Assembly (NCBI GenBank): GCA_964591055.1
Contig: CAZPZJ010000008.1
Span: 1 to 36,966 of the forward strand
Source of the DNA: an uncultured Leptospiraceae bacterium
Lineage (GTDB): Bacteria; Spirochaetota; UBA4802; JAGODF01
Direction of reading: 5' to 3'
Length of the DNA: 36,966 nucleotides
The notes under the pieces were generated by a model that saw only the letters and a list, made by a program, of their open reading frames with translations, was not told the origin of the DNA and made no database searches. Below are positions 16,580 through 26,587 of this stretch, in pieces; the first letter of the stretch is position 1, and each line of letters starts with the position of its first letter. Both the position numbers and the translations under genes were made by a program.

Positions 16580-19270
16580 TCACTGCGTATCCCCCAGCGG
16601 CAGGGTGATGATAAATGTCGTTCCCCGTCCCGTTTCCGTTTCGAACCTGAGCGTTCCGCCGTGTTTCGTCACGATGATGGCGAAGGCGATCGAGAGCCCC
16701 TGGCCCGTTCCTTCCCCCACTTCCTTGGTGGTGAAGAAGGGATCGAATACCTTCTGCCGTATTTCCTCCGGGATACCCGCGCCGTTGTCGGCCACCCTGA
16801 TCTCGGCGAATCCGCCGGCCATCTTCGTCGATATTCGTATAATCCCCCTGCTGGCGGTTTTTTCAACCCTGGCTTCCTTTATGGCATCCACCGCATTTAC
16901 AATCATGTTTAAAATAACCTGGTTCAGCTCCGCCGCGAAACAGGGAACGGGAACGAGGCCCGGGTCGAATTCCGTTTCCACGTCGGCCACGTATTTCCAC
17001 TCGTTCCGCGAAACGGTTATGGTGTTCGCTATGGACTTGTTTATGTCGGTGGGCGTTTTCCTGTCGGTCCCGGGATGGGCGAAGGCCTTCATGGATTTCA
17101 CGATCGTCGAAATTCGATTCACTCCTTCGAGGGTTTGTTCCGCGGCCTTTGGCAGTTCCCGGGTGAGATACTCAAGGTCGATTTCCGACATGTATTCATG
17201 GAGCGATTTCGCCGTGGCAAGACAGCTGCCGCCACCGGAGGCGGCCTCCATGTGTGTCACAAACCTCTTTTGCAGTTCTATAATGTCGTTGATTGATGTG
17301 ATGATGAATTTCATGTTATCGCCCACATATTGAAGGGGCGAGTTGATCTCGTGCGCCACGCCGGCCGCAAGCTGGCCTATCGCCTCCAGCTTGCGCGCTT
17401 GCTGGAGCTGGTTTTCGAGTATGCGGCGCTCCGTGAGGTCCCTGCCAAGAATGATGAAGCCTTCCAGTACGTCACCTCCGCGTTTCAGCGGATTCACCGT
17501 AAGTTCCAAGATGCCATCACTTCCGTTCTTTTTATGATATTTTATATCGTCCAGATGTACATTTCTGTCTTCAGAGATGCATGTGCTTATTGCCTCGTAA
17601 ATCCTATCCCACTCCCACTTAATAGTACACGCAGTCAGTTGTGTGCCCATCATGTCCCTTGCTTTAAACCCTAACACCTCCTCGGCATAAGGGTTCCAGT
17701 GTGTTATGCGGTCCTTCACCGACACTCCTATGATAATACTTGCGATTGAATTTACCAGAAGGTCCAGTTCCTCATTTTTCCTGCGCAGCTCATTTTCAGC
17801 CTGTTTACGCTCTGTGATATCGCGGAGTGTTGCCTGTAGTAACAGTTTTCCTTCCACCTCTACCCGTGTCAGAAGTACCGTAGCGGGGAAATTTTCACCG
17901 TTACTCCGCCGATGGATCCATTCAAACAGGTTTGATCCTTCACGCATCGCCTTGTCTATCATTTCCATTGCCATCTCGGCGGAAGCGCGGCCGCCCGGCT
18001 GATATTCCGGTGACAACTTCCAGGGCGGTTGTGAAATTAACGTTTCCAGGCTCTCCTCCCTGAACATGGCAACACTAGCCGGATTTCCGGAAGTAAATCC
18101 CCAGGCGGGAGGTTCCATAAGCATGATAGCGTCGCGCGAGCTTTCGATAAGGTTGCGAAATTTTTCTTCACTTATTCTGAGCGCTTCATTTTCCTTTGCC
18201 TGTTGTATTATAAGCGCCACGGTGCTGCTCAGTCCATCAAGCATCGCATCTTCTGCGGGTGCAAGGGGGTGTCTTGCGAAGAGTGCAAGGACTCCTAATG
18301 TCTTCTCGCCGGGGACAAGGAGCTGATATCCCGCGAAGGAGACCAGTCCCAGCCCGCGCGCCCATTCATGGTTGTGTACGCGGGGATCGTTCCGCACGTC
18401 ATTGGTGATGAACTTATGCTCTTCTCCGGATGCGACCAGCCCGATCTTGTAACAGCCGAAGGGAACTCGCCTGTGGACTTTACCGTCAATGTGGACGTAC
18501 CGGCCCGAACTCGACACCAGATGGAGGCATCGGTCGCGGTAACGGCATACGTGGGGCCCTTCATGTACCTGCTCATGGACACAGCCCTGTTCACACCGGT
18601 CGCCGGGTTTTATCAGCCAGATACGGCAGAAATCGGCGTCGAAGATCCGGACGATGCCGTCGGTTATGCTCTTGAGCTTGCGGTCCAGCGGCGCCGGCGC
18701 AAGGAGCGATTGCTGCAGCAGATTGACCCCCTCCTGCTGATGGAGGGTTCTCTCGCGTTCCTCCTCGGCCCGCGTACGCTCGGCGATCTCGATCTTCAAC
18801 TCGCGGTTGGCCGCACCCAGTTCGGCCGTGCGCGACATGACCTCCATCTCGATACCGTCGCGCTGCATTTTCATCTGTACATGGTTTTTAACGCGCGCCA
18901 GGACGATCGGGAGCCTGATGGGCTTCGTGATATAATCGACCGCGCCGAGGGAGAGGCCCCGCTCCTCGTCCAGGTCGCGGTCCATTGCCGTGATGAAAAT
19001 CACCGGGATGTTCCTCGTGGCCCCGTTCTCCTTGAGAATGCGGCACACCTCATATCCGTCCATCTCCGGCATCATGATATCGAGCAAGATCAGGTCCGGC
19101 GGGTCGCTCAGCGCCGCCTGGAGCGCCAGGCGTCCGTTCGGCGCGGAGCGCACACGGTATCCGCTTACCGCGAGGGCGTCCGACAGCGCCTCAAGGTTCG
19201 CCGGCGTATCGTCGACGATCATGATCGAGGGAGGCGCGCCGATGTTCGACATCACTTTCATGGAACGCAC
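16580..19270 (-). CDS. sensor histidine kinase with N-terminal REC, Cys-rich GAF, two PAS domains, HisKA and HATPase_c
   Basis: 896 aa. GTG start at 19270 with AGGAG 7 nt upstream, abutting the upstream stop. REC domain (IMIVDD, LILLDIMMPEMDG). GAF domain with the insert CEQGCVHEQVHEGPHVCRYRDRC. H-box GVAHEINSPL. G-boxes DNGAGIP and GTGQGLS. Confidence 0.9.
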   Translation of the reverse strand: MRSMKVMSNIGAPPSIMIVDDTPANLEALSDALAVSGYRVRSAPNGRLALQAALSDPPDLILLDIMMPEMDGYEVCRILKENGATRNIPVIFITAMDRDLDEERGLSLGAVDYITKPIRLPIVLARVKNHVQMKMQRDGIEMEVMSRTAELGAANRELKIEIAERTRAEEERERTLHQQEGVNLLQQSLLAPAPLDRKLKSITDGIVRIFDADFCRIWLIKPGDRCEQGCVHEQVHEGPHVCRYRDRCLHLVSSSGRYVHIDGKVHRRVPFGCYKIGLVASGEEHKFITNDVRNDPRVHNHEWARGLGLVSFAGYQLLVPGEKTLGVLALFARHPLAPAEDAMLDGLSSTVALIIQQAKENEALRISEEKFRNLIESSRDAIMLMEPPAWGFTSGNPASVAMFREESLETLISQPPWKLSPEYQPGGRASAEMAMEMIDKAMREGSNLFEWIHRRSNGENFPATVLLTRVEVEGKLLLQATLRDITERKQAENELRRKNEELDLLVNSIASIIIGVSVKDRITHWNPYAEEVLGFKARDMMGTQLTACTIKWEWDRIYEAISTCISEDRNVHLDDIKYHKKNGSDGILELTVNPLKRGGDVLEGFIILGRDLTERRILENQLQQARKLEAIGQLAAGVAHEINSPLQYVGDNMKFIITSINDIIELQKRFVTHMEAASGGGSCLATAKSLHEYMSEIDLEYLTRELPKAAEQTLEGVNRISTIVKSMKAFAHPGTDRKTPTDINKSIANTITVSRNEWKYVADVETEFDPGLVPVPCFAAELNQVILNMIVNAVDAIKEARVEKTASRGIIRISTKMAGGFAEIRVADNGAGIPEEIRQKVFDPFFTTKEVGEGTGQGLSIAFAIIVTKHGGTLRFETETGRGTTFIITLPLGDTQ

Positions 19271-20371
19271 TCATTCGCTCCTGAGATCATCGGAGGCCTC
19301 ACGTATCCGTTCATGTACCGCCCCGAACGCGTCCACCAGGGCGGGATCGAACTGCGTGCCGCCGCCCTTCACTATAATATCGCAGCTCTCATCGTGGGAC
19401 CGCGACGGCTTGTAGCAGCGCACGGATCGCAGGGCGTCATACACGTCGGCGACTGCCATGACGCGCGCGCTGAGGGGTATGGCGTCCCCGGAGAGGCCGT
19501 CCGGATACCCGCGGCCGTCCCAGCGCTCGTGGTGGTGCCGGGCGACTTCGATTCCCGTTTGTATGAACATGTTGCCGGGGTACTGCCGGCTCACCGCATC
19601 GAGCGTCTGCGCCCCGATGACCGAATGCTTCTTCATCAGCTCAAACTCCTCGGGCGAGAGCTTCCCGGGCTTCAGTAAAACCGCGTCCGGTATGCCCACC
19701 TTGCCGATGTCGTGGAGCGGGCTGGCCATGAACACGTTTTCGATGAAGTCGGAACCGATGGAACCGGAAGAATGTTTTCCGGCGGCTATCTGCGTGGCAA
19801 GCAATCGGCATAATATCTGCACGCGCTCCAGGTGCCTGCCGGTGTCATCGTCCCGGGACTCGGAAAGTTTCGCCAGGGCGAATATGGTGGCCATCTGGGA
19901 CTCGGATATCTCCCGCACCTGTTTCTTGACCGTCTCCTCCAGGTCGCGGTTGTGGCGCTCCAGCTCGGCCTGCAGGCGGCGGATCTTCAGGTGCGCCTCC
20001 ACCCGGGCGTGGACCTCATCGAACTGGAACGGCTTGGACACGTAATCGACGCCGCCGCTGGAGAAGGCGCGAACCTTGTCCATGGTCTCGGTAAGGGCGC
20101 TTATGAAAATAACCGGTATGTCGCTGAGCGTTTCGTCCGCCTTCAGGCGGCCGCACACCTCGTAGCCGTCCATCTCCGGCATGGTGATGTCCAGCAGGAT
20201 CAGGTCCGGCGGTTCGCCCTGCGCCGCCTGGAGGGCGAGCTTCCCGCTGGGCGCGGTGCGCACCCGGTATCCCCTCTGTTTGAGCATGCCGGCCAGGAGA
20301 TCCAGGTTGGCCGCCGTGTCATCGACGACAATGATGCTGGCGGGTTTCTCCGTTTCATGATCCGTTTTCAT
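19271..20371 (-). CDS. response regulator with an intact HD-GYP domain (RpfG-type c-di-GMP phosphodiesterase)
   Basis: REC domain (IIVVDD, LILLDITMPEMDG, SKPF) plus HD-GYP motifs PLHDIGKVGIPD and HHHERWDGRGYPDGL. The preferred start is the ATG at 20371, with GGAGG 10 nt upstream. The track start at 20380 is TTG. Confidence 0.9.
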   Translation of the reverse strand: MKTDHETEKPASIIVVDDTAANLDLLAGMLKQRGYRVRTAPSGKLALQAAQGEPPDLILLDITMPEMDGYEVCGRLKADETLSDIPVIFISALTETMDKVRAFSSGGVDYVSKPFQFDEVHARVEAHLKIRRLQAELERHNRDLEETVKKQVREISESQMATIFALAKLSESRDDDTGRHLERVQILCRLLATQIAAGKHSSGSIGSDFIENVFMASPLHDIGKVGIPDAVLLKPGKLSPEEFELMKKHSVIGAQTLDAVSRQYPGNMFIQTGIEVARHHHERWDGRGYPDGLSGDAIPLSARVMAVADVYDALRSVRCYKPSRSHDESCDIIVKGGGTQFDPALVDAFGAVHERIREASDDLRSE

Positions 20372-23300
20372 TTTGTTCAAGCCTCCGTTTTATTAGCTCA
20401 ATGAGCGCCTCGTACTGGTAATTTTTCACCATTTCGTACAGCTGCCTGCCGGTTTCCGGTTCCTTCGCGGTGATTTCCCCGATCAGGCCGAATAGTCCGT
20501 CGCGGTCGAGCTCGACGGTGGCCGCGAGCATTTTCTCAGCAAGCCCGTTGGAAAGGCCGGCCAGGGACCCGGGTGTCAGGGGCGTCGCGGGGGCGGCCGA
20601 TACCGGCGCCACTTCATCGTACACGTACCGTACGCCGAGCATGGAGCCCAGACATTCGAAGAGTTCGCGCGCCTTGAAGGGCTTGGGGAGATACGCGTCC
20701 GCTCCCCAGATCATGGCGTTGTCCCGGTCCTCGATGAAGGCGCTGGCCGTTACCATGACGATCTTCGTCACTCCGCCCGGGTCGATTTCTCTTATGCGCG
20801 CCATGGCCTCTAAACCGTTCATCCGGGGCATCCGCCTGTCCATAAGGACCAGGTGCGGGGACCAGCTCTTGAACAGATCGATCGCTTCGATGCCGTCGCA
20901 GGCCTCCTTCACCTCGAAACCTGCGGGTTCGAGAAATTCCCTGATCAACATGCGGTTGTCCGGCTGGTCGTCGGTCACCAGCACCCGGAACGGCCCCTGT
21001 CCCGGCTCAAGGCCGCTCACGGCCCGCGGCTCCATCATCGTTTTCCCTGCAATCGACTCTCCGGCCCGGGCCGCGATCCGCAGCGTGAAACAGGACCCCT
21101 TTCCTTCCTTGCTCCGGACGGTTATATCGCCCCCCATGAGCCAGGCGAACTGCCTCGATATCGCCAGGCCCAGGCCCGTTCCGCCGGCCTTCACCCCGGC
21201 GCTCCCCTGCTCGAAAACCTTGAACAATCCCGCCATTTCGGTTTCGGATATGCCCGGCCCGGTATCCTCGACGTCGGCCGTAAGAACGACACCGCCATCG
21301 TCCTCCTCAACCGTCCGCGCCCGGATGGCAACGCCCCCCTTGACGGTGAACTTGGCCGCGTTGCCCACCAGGTTGATGAGTATCTGCCGGAGCTTCGCCT
21401 CGTCGGAAACGAGGTATCGCGCCGTAACCCCGGCGGTATCTATCCGGAAGGAAAGCCCCTTCGCGTCCATTTTACCCATGAACATGCCCTCGATATCCCC
21501 GAGCATCGCGATAAGGTCGAATGGGGCCGGGTTGATGGACGATCTCCCCTCCTCTATTTTCGAGATCTCGAGAACATCGTTGATGAGGGCGAGAAGGTGC
21601 TCACCGCTCCGGTTCACAGTCTCCATCCGCTCCCGCTGTGTATCGGTGAGCTCCCGGTCCCTGATTAGCAATTCCGAAAAACCGAGAATCGCGTTCAGGG
21701 GAGTCCGTATCTCGTGCGACATGCTGGACAGAAACCTTGTCTTGGAGCGGTTTGCGGCCTCGGAGGCGACTTTCGCCTGCTCCAGCTCGGCGGTGCGGTC
21801 CCGCACCAGCTCCTCGAGGTGATCGCGGTATGCTGCCAGTTCATTTTCCGCCCGTTTTCGTTCGGTGATGTCGCGAATGCACACTGCCACGGCAGTCACG
21901 GCGCCGTTCCCGGCGCGGCACGGCGCGTACAGGGCGTCGATGGTCCGAGCGTCTGGTCCGGGTAACGTGGTCTCGAAGCGGAAATCCTCGCCGGCGAAGC
22001 AGCTCTCGAGGCGCGCTCTTAACTCCCGTTCGAAGAAGTCCGCTCCCACTACCTCGGCGACCGTGAGTCCGCGGATGTTCTCTCCGGGACGGCCGATCAG
22101 CCGGAGGTAGCTCGGGTTGGCCTCAAGGTGGCATTTATCCGGGCCGATGAGCGCCATGGCCTCGCTACTGGTGGCGACGATCTGGGCGTAGTGCAGGTTC
22201 TGCTTCCCGATCTCGATATCGTGCAGCGCAAAGGCGATGTCGCCCGCGACCTCGAGCAGTATTTCCTTCTCCTCCCCATCGAGGGACACATCGCGAGGGA
22301 ACGACACACCCAGCATCCCGAAGTCGCGTCCTTCGTAGCGCAGGCACACGACCGCGGCGAGATCGAAGTTGTACTCGCCGCCGAGAAGGCACTCCCGGCA
22401 AATCTCTTCGGGATCAAGCGATGCGAAGCCGTCGGGCGCCCACGCCGCAATGTCCCGGCACCGCGGCCAGCGGCCTTCAGCGAGGCGACTGGCCAAGGGC
22501 TCAAAGCGCTCTCCCCACCCGGCCTGCGCCTGCGCCGTGGGCGGTGCCCCCGGGGCTCCAAAAGCGATCCACGCACCATTGTAGCCGCGCGTCTCGATGA
22601 GCAATTCGCATATCTGCCGTATGAGCCGCGCCGGATCCTTCTCCCGGACGATGAACTGGTTGACATTGCGGATGGCTTTGAGCACCTTCGTCAGGTGCTC
22701 AATCCCGGCAACCGCCTCCCGTTCGTCAGTCACGTCTATGATTGACGATTGGTATCCACCGACCTCGCCCCTGTCGTTGCGTATGACTGTAGCCAGGCAA
22801 TGAGCTAAAAAGACCGACCTGTCTTTCCGTTTCGCCGTGAAGTCGCCTTCCCATTCACCCGTTTGATTGAGGGCGGCGAGGATGGCCCCGGCCTCGTCCC
22901 GGTTCAGGAAGAAGCTGGCTATCGTCCTGCCCTTCACCTCATCTATGCCCGCGTATCCCCAGGTCCGGAGAAAGGAGGCATTGGCCTCGGTGATCACACC
23001 GCTCGCGTCGGCTATGCTATTCGCCGTCAGCGACGCATCGAATACGAGGTTCTTCAGCCGCAGCGCCTCCTCCGCCCGCTTCCGATCTGTTATATCGAGC
23101 ATAGCCCCCACGATACCGCCGACCTTGCCGTTTTTATCGTAAAACAAAGACTTATGGTACATGACATGGCGATACGTACCATCGGCAAACCGCGCCTGTG
23201 CCTCATATGTCTGGTTGCCTCCGGTCTCGAGAAGCTCCAGGTCCTTTTGGTTATATCCCTCGGCAAGTTCCCCGGGCCACAGGTCAAACACGGTCATTCC

Positions 23301-25469
23301 GATCAGCCCGCTCATAGGAACACCCGCGAACCCTTCAAAAGCTTTATTGCAGCCGCTATAACGCCCCTCCGCGTCCTTGAAATAAATCGGAACATTGATG
23401 GCGTTTATAATCACGTATAAAAACTGGAGCTGATAAAGAGCCTTAAGTCCCGCCGCCTTGAGGTCGGTTATGTCCGTGAAAGTTGTATAGACCTGGTAGG
23501 GCCTGTTTTCACCATCCATGAACAGCGGGAGCGCATTTATACTTGTCCACCGGAAGTCATTCAATGATGGGTTAAAGATACCCATAACCACCCCGCTCAC
23601 CTCTTTTCCGGTGCGAAGGGCGACCATGGAGGGGTGTTCCTCCTCGGGGAAATCGGCCCCGTCCTGGCGGATGGTCTTCCACCCCGGGTCCATAGGAGCG
23701 CGCCCCTGTATCTGGTCGAGGGTAAGCCCCAGTATCCGCTCAGCGGCGGTGTTTGCGGAAATGACGGTCCCGTCTGCCGACTGATACACGACGCCCTGAA
23801 CCATGGTCTCGTAGAGGGTCCGATACTTTACTTCGCTTTCCTGAAGGGCTTCCACCGCCTGCTTGCGCTCGGTGATGTCATTGATGCTGGAAAGGATAAA
23901 GGGCTCGCCGCCGAGATGAATGATCTGGGCGGAAAACAGCGCCGTTAAGATTTCACCGTTTTTCCTTTTAAAACGGAATTCCCTAGTTGCCACTTCACTG
24001 CCCGCAAGAAGAGCGGATACCACGCTGTTCCATTCCTCCGATTCCGCCCACAGGTTCATGCCCACCGATGAGTCGGCAATCACCTCTTCCCTGGTGTACC
24101 CCGAAAGTGCTGTGAACGCATCATTGACTTCGATAAACCTTCCATCTTTAATGCAGGTAATTGTAATTGCATACGGGGATGTGCGAAACGCCGTGGAAAA
24201 CTTCTCCTCGCTTTCATGAAGCGCCTTTCTGGAAAGATTCCCGTCCTCGAGGATGCTGAGAAGCGCCTGCCTGGAGCGCTCCTGGGTTTGCATGATTTCC
24301 TGAAGCCGGGAATTTGAGGCCAGGAGCTCTTCGTTCTTGTGACTCAACTCCTCCTCCATCCGCTTGCGCTCGGTATTTTCCCATGCCATATCGGCGAGTA
24401 ATGAAACCGCCTCGATGTCTGCTTGATCATAATCGGTTGGTTTGTTTCCGACACCGAGAATCGCCATCACCTTCTCCCCTCGCATGACCGGCACTACCAG
24501 TTGCCGGATCACAGGCGCATGACCTTCGGGCAGTCCTTTGCGATGGGGTAGCGAGATGTAGTCATTGTGGATCACCGGCTTCCGCTGGTACACGCAATCC
24601 ACCCAGACGCCGGCCTTGGCGATGGCGTAATGCAACCCCTTTCCTTCCGCTTTGCAGAACTCCGCTTTGGTTCGGGTGGACCAGTTCTGGAGGGTCAATT
24701 TCTCCTGGTCCTCATCAACAAAATGATAGAAGCCTATAACGCTGCCGCTTAGCTTCTCGGCTTCATTGATCGTTTCTTCAAGCAATTCGTCCCGGGAATG
24801 GGTGAGGGAGTATTCAATCAGATTCAACAGGGCTACGTTGAGAGCCGCCACTCGTCTACGCTCGGTGATGTCTCCGTAAGTGATCGCCACACCGTAGTTT
24901 TCCAGCGGTATGGGCGCGGCGCTGACGCTTATCCATGTGACATCCCCGTCGCCCTTTACTATTCCCATTTCAGCATTTTCCACTTTCCGCTTTTCCTTCA
25001 GGGCGCGCATGCTTGCGTATTCATCGGGAGGCATCAGCGTCCCATCGGGGCGTATGATACTCCATTCGGGGCTGTCGATTTTTCGCAGAGAGTGCTCTTC
25101 TTGGGATATGCCAAGCAGTCGCTCGGATTCCCTGTTGGTCTCAATGATTTTCCCGTCCGTGTCCGTAATACTGATACCGAGGGGAAACATATCGAACAGG
25201 ACCCGGTATTTTTCATAGGATTCTTCAAGAACGTGATTCTCCCTTTTGAGTTCCGCAATCTGTTTTTCAAGTTCACTGCGTGTAATCTTTCGCATGTGTA
25301 TGGCCTTATCGTGTGTTTTCTTTTCCAATTCCACGAAAACAACGGGGGATTGACTGAACTTCTTATCAGCAGCAGTCTTTTTCTGCTTTATTTCCCTTTT
25401 ATTTGTTTTCATTTGTTTTCTCACCAGCCCGATACCGGCAACACGCGAGCCAGACTCCAAGCCAATCAT
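20355..25469 (-). CDS. 1704-aa multi-sensor hybrid histidine kinase (about 6 PAS, 2 GAF, HisKA, HATPase_c, REC, helical C-terminal tail)
   Basis: Repeated PAS ends (ITERRR, ITERKQA, ITDRKRAEEAL, ITERKRAENEL). H-box FLSSMSHEIRTPLNAILGF. G-boxes DTGPGIS and GTGLGLAIS. REC domain (VLVTDD, LVLMDRRMPRMNG, PKPF). The start ATG overlaps the upstream stop as ATGA. Confidence 0.9.
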   Translation of the reverse strand: MIGLESGSRVAGIGLVRKQMKTNKREIKQKKTAADKKFSQSPVVFVELEKKTHDKAIHMRKITRSELEKQIAELKRENHVLEESYEKYRVLFDMFPLGISITDTDGKIIETNRESERLLGISQEEHSLRKIDSPEWSIIRPDGTLMPPDEYASMRALKEKRKVENAEMGIVKGDGDVTWISVSAAPIPLENYGVAITYGDITERRRVAALNVALLNLIEYSLTHSRDELLEETINEAEKLSGSVIGFYHFVDEDQEKLTLQNWSTRTKAEFCKAEGKGLHYAIAKAGVWVDCVYQRKPVIHNDYISLPHRKGLPEGHAPVIRQLVVPVMRGEKVMAILGVGNKPTDYDQADIEAVSLLADMAWENTERKRMEEELSHKNEELLASNSRLQEIMQTQERSRQALLSILEDGNLSRKALHESEEKFSTAFRTSPYAITITCIKDGRFIEVNDAFTALSGYTREEVIADSSVGMNLWAESEEWNSVVSALLAGSEVATREFRFKRKNGEILTALFSAQIIHLGGEPFILSSINDITERKQAVEALQESEVKYRTLYETMVQGVVYQSADGTVISANTAAERILGLTLDQIQGRAPMDPGWKTIRQDGADFPEEEHPSMVALRTGKEVSGVVMGIFNPSLNDFRWTSINALPLFMDGENRPYQVYTTFTDITDLKAAGLKALYQLQFLYVIINAINVPIYFKDAEGRYSGCNKAFEGFAGVPMSGLIGMTVFDLWPGELAEGYNQKDLELLETGGNQTYEAQARFADGTYRHVMYHKSLFYDKNGKVGGIVGAMLDITDRKRAEEALRLKNLVFDASLTANSIADASGVITEANASFLRTWGYAGIDEVKGRTIASFFLNRDEAGAILAALNQTGEWEGDFTAKRKDRSVFLAHCLATVIRNDRGEVGGYQSSIIDVTDEREAVAGIEHLTKVLKAIRNVNQFIVREKDPARLIRQICELLIETRGYNGAWIAFGAPGAPPTAQAQAGWGERFEPLASRLAEGRWPRCRDIAAWAPDGFASLDPEEICRECLLGGEYNFDLAAVVCLRYEGRDFGMLGVSFPRDVSLDGEEKEILLEVAGDIAFALHDIEIGKQNLHYAQIVATSSEAMALIGPDKCHLEANPSYLRLIGRPGENIRGLTVAEVVGADFFERELRARLESCFAGEDFRFETTLPGPDARTIDALYAPCRAGNGAVTAVAVCIRDITERKRAENELAAYRDHLEELVRDRTAELEQAKVASEAANRSKTRFLSSMSHEIRTPLNAILGFSELLIRDRELTDTQRERMETVNRSGEHLLALINDVLEISKIEEGRSSINPAPFDLIAMLGDIEGMFMGKMDAKGLSFRIDTAGVTARYLVSDEAKLRQILINLVGNAAKFTVKGGVAIRARTVEEDDGGVVLTADVEDTGPGISETEMAGLFKVFEQGSAGVKAGGTGLGLAISRQFAWLMGGDITVRSKEGKGSCFTLRIAARAGESIAGKTMMEPRAVSGLEPGQGPFRVLVTDDQPDNRMLIREFLEPAGFEVKEACDGIEAIDLFKSWSPHLVLMDRRMPRMNGLEAMARIREIDPGGVTKIVMVTASAFIEDRDNAMIWGADAYLPKPFKARELFECLGSMLGVRYVYDEVAPVSAAPATPLTPGSLAGLSNGLAEKMLAATVELDRDGLFGLIGEITAKEPETGRQLYEMVKNYQYEALIELIKRRLEQNENGS

Positions 25470-26587
25470 CCGCCATATTTGACCGGTCTGCCCGCTTCTT
25501 TAAGCAGATCATTGACTTCCCTTTTCAATTCCATCATCCGGTCTTCGCGGTCCACCGTGACGGCATGCCAACGTTGAAGTTCTTTTAATTGTCGCTGAAG
25601 GTCATCTTCCGCCTTCTTGCGTTCGGTGATGTCCCGGATGTTGCATTGGATCACCTTACGGCCGTTCACCTCGTAGATGTTACTAACGAATTCCACGTCG
25701 ATTCGCTCCCCGTCGTCGTTTTCCAACGGCTTGTCTTCGTAACGGATATACTCCTTCTGCTGCAATTCTTCGAAGTTTGCTTTATTGGCAATAATATCAT
25801 TTATGAATCCCAACTCCCATACTTTCTTGCCAACGATTTGTTCGCTCTCTTGTCCCAGCAATTGGGACAGAAATGGATTTACATCATCAACCACGCCGGT
25901 ATCGGCATTAAGAATCAGGATGCCGTCCTTCGCCGCTTCGAAGAGCCGCCGGAACTTGACCTCCGAGGCCGTCAGCTCGGCCGTTCTCTCCTCGACCATC
26001 TCCTCAAGCCGCTCGTTAATTTGCGTCAGCTCGTCCTGCGCCTGGATCAATTCCCTGTTCCTGTTGACCGCCGCTTCGTATGTGGAAATGAGCATGCTGA
26101 GCATCTGCTGCTGGTCCGCGGTGATGAAACGCTTTTTCTCCCCGATCTGGATCTCCACACCCACGCGCACATGTTCATTTTTACTCAGTTTCATGTTGAT
26201 GAGTATGTTGGCGATATTCGATAGAAGGTATTGCTTATTGTACGGCTTGCTGATGAAATTGTCCGCGCCGCATGCCAGCCCCTCCAGCACGTCCTCAGAA
26301 TTGTTCAGGGAGGTAAGGAGAATCACGGGGATGCCCCTTGTCTTCTCATTATCCTTGATTTTCTGGCAGAGCTCGTAGCCGTTCATTTCCGGCATCACAA
26401 TGTCGGTAATGACCAGCGTGGGCGTGTGTTTGCCTATGTGTTCCAGGGCCTGCGTGCCGTTATTTGCAACTGCCACAACGTATGAATGCTGTTCCAGCAG
26501 GTATCTCAGCTGTTCCGCCTGGGTAGCGCTGTCCTCGACCACAAGGATGTTGACCGCTTTTTCCGCGGGGCTTGTATTAACTGTCAT
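25466..26587 (-). CDS. response regulator, REC / coiled-coil / PAS
   Basis: REC domain (ILVVEDS, LVITDIVMPEMNG, SKPY), then a PAS domain (FRRLFEAAKDGILILNADTGVV...IRDITERKKAE) and a conserved helical tail. ATGA overlaps at both ends. Confidence 0.85.
   Translation of the reverse strand: MTVNTSPAEKAVNILVVEDSATQAEQLRYLLEQHSYVVAVANNGTQALEHIGKHTPTLVITDIVMPEMNGYELCQKIKDNEKTRGIPVILLTSLNNSEDVLEGLACGADNFISKPYNKQYLLSNIANILINMKLSKNEHVRVGVEIQIGEKKRFITADQQQMLSMLISTYEAAVNRNRELIQAQDELTQINERLEEMVEERTAELTASEVKFRRLFEAAKDGILILNADTGVVDDVNPFLSQLLGQESEQIVGKKVWELGFINDIIANKANFEELQQKEYIRYEDKPLENDDGERIDVEFVSNIYEVNGRKVIQCNIRDITERKKAEDDLQRQLKELQRWHAVTVDREDRMMELKREVNDLLKEAGRPVKYGG

Noticed and set aside
18368-21822. 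Long plus-strand ORFs 18368-19678 (436 aa), 19458-20045, 19832-20404, 20470-21822 (450 aa) and 20853-21668
   Set aside because: All lie antisense to the REC-GAF kinase, HD-GYP regulator and giant kinase genes. None has a recognisable motif, and their composition is typical of GC-rich antisense frames. The same reasoning applies to 28671-29630, 29759-30549, 30428-31423 and 31433-32509.
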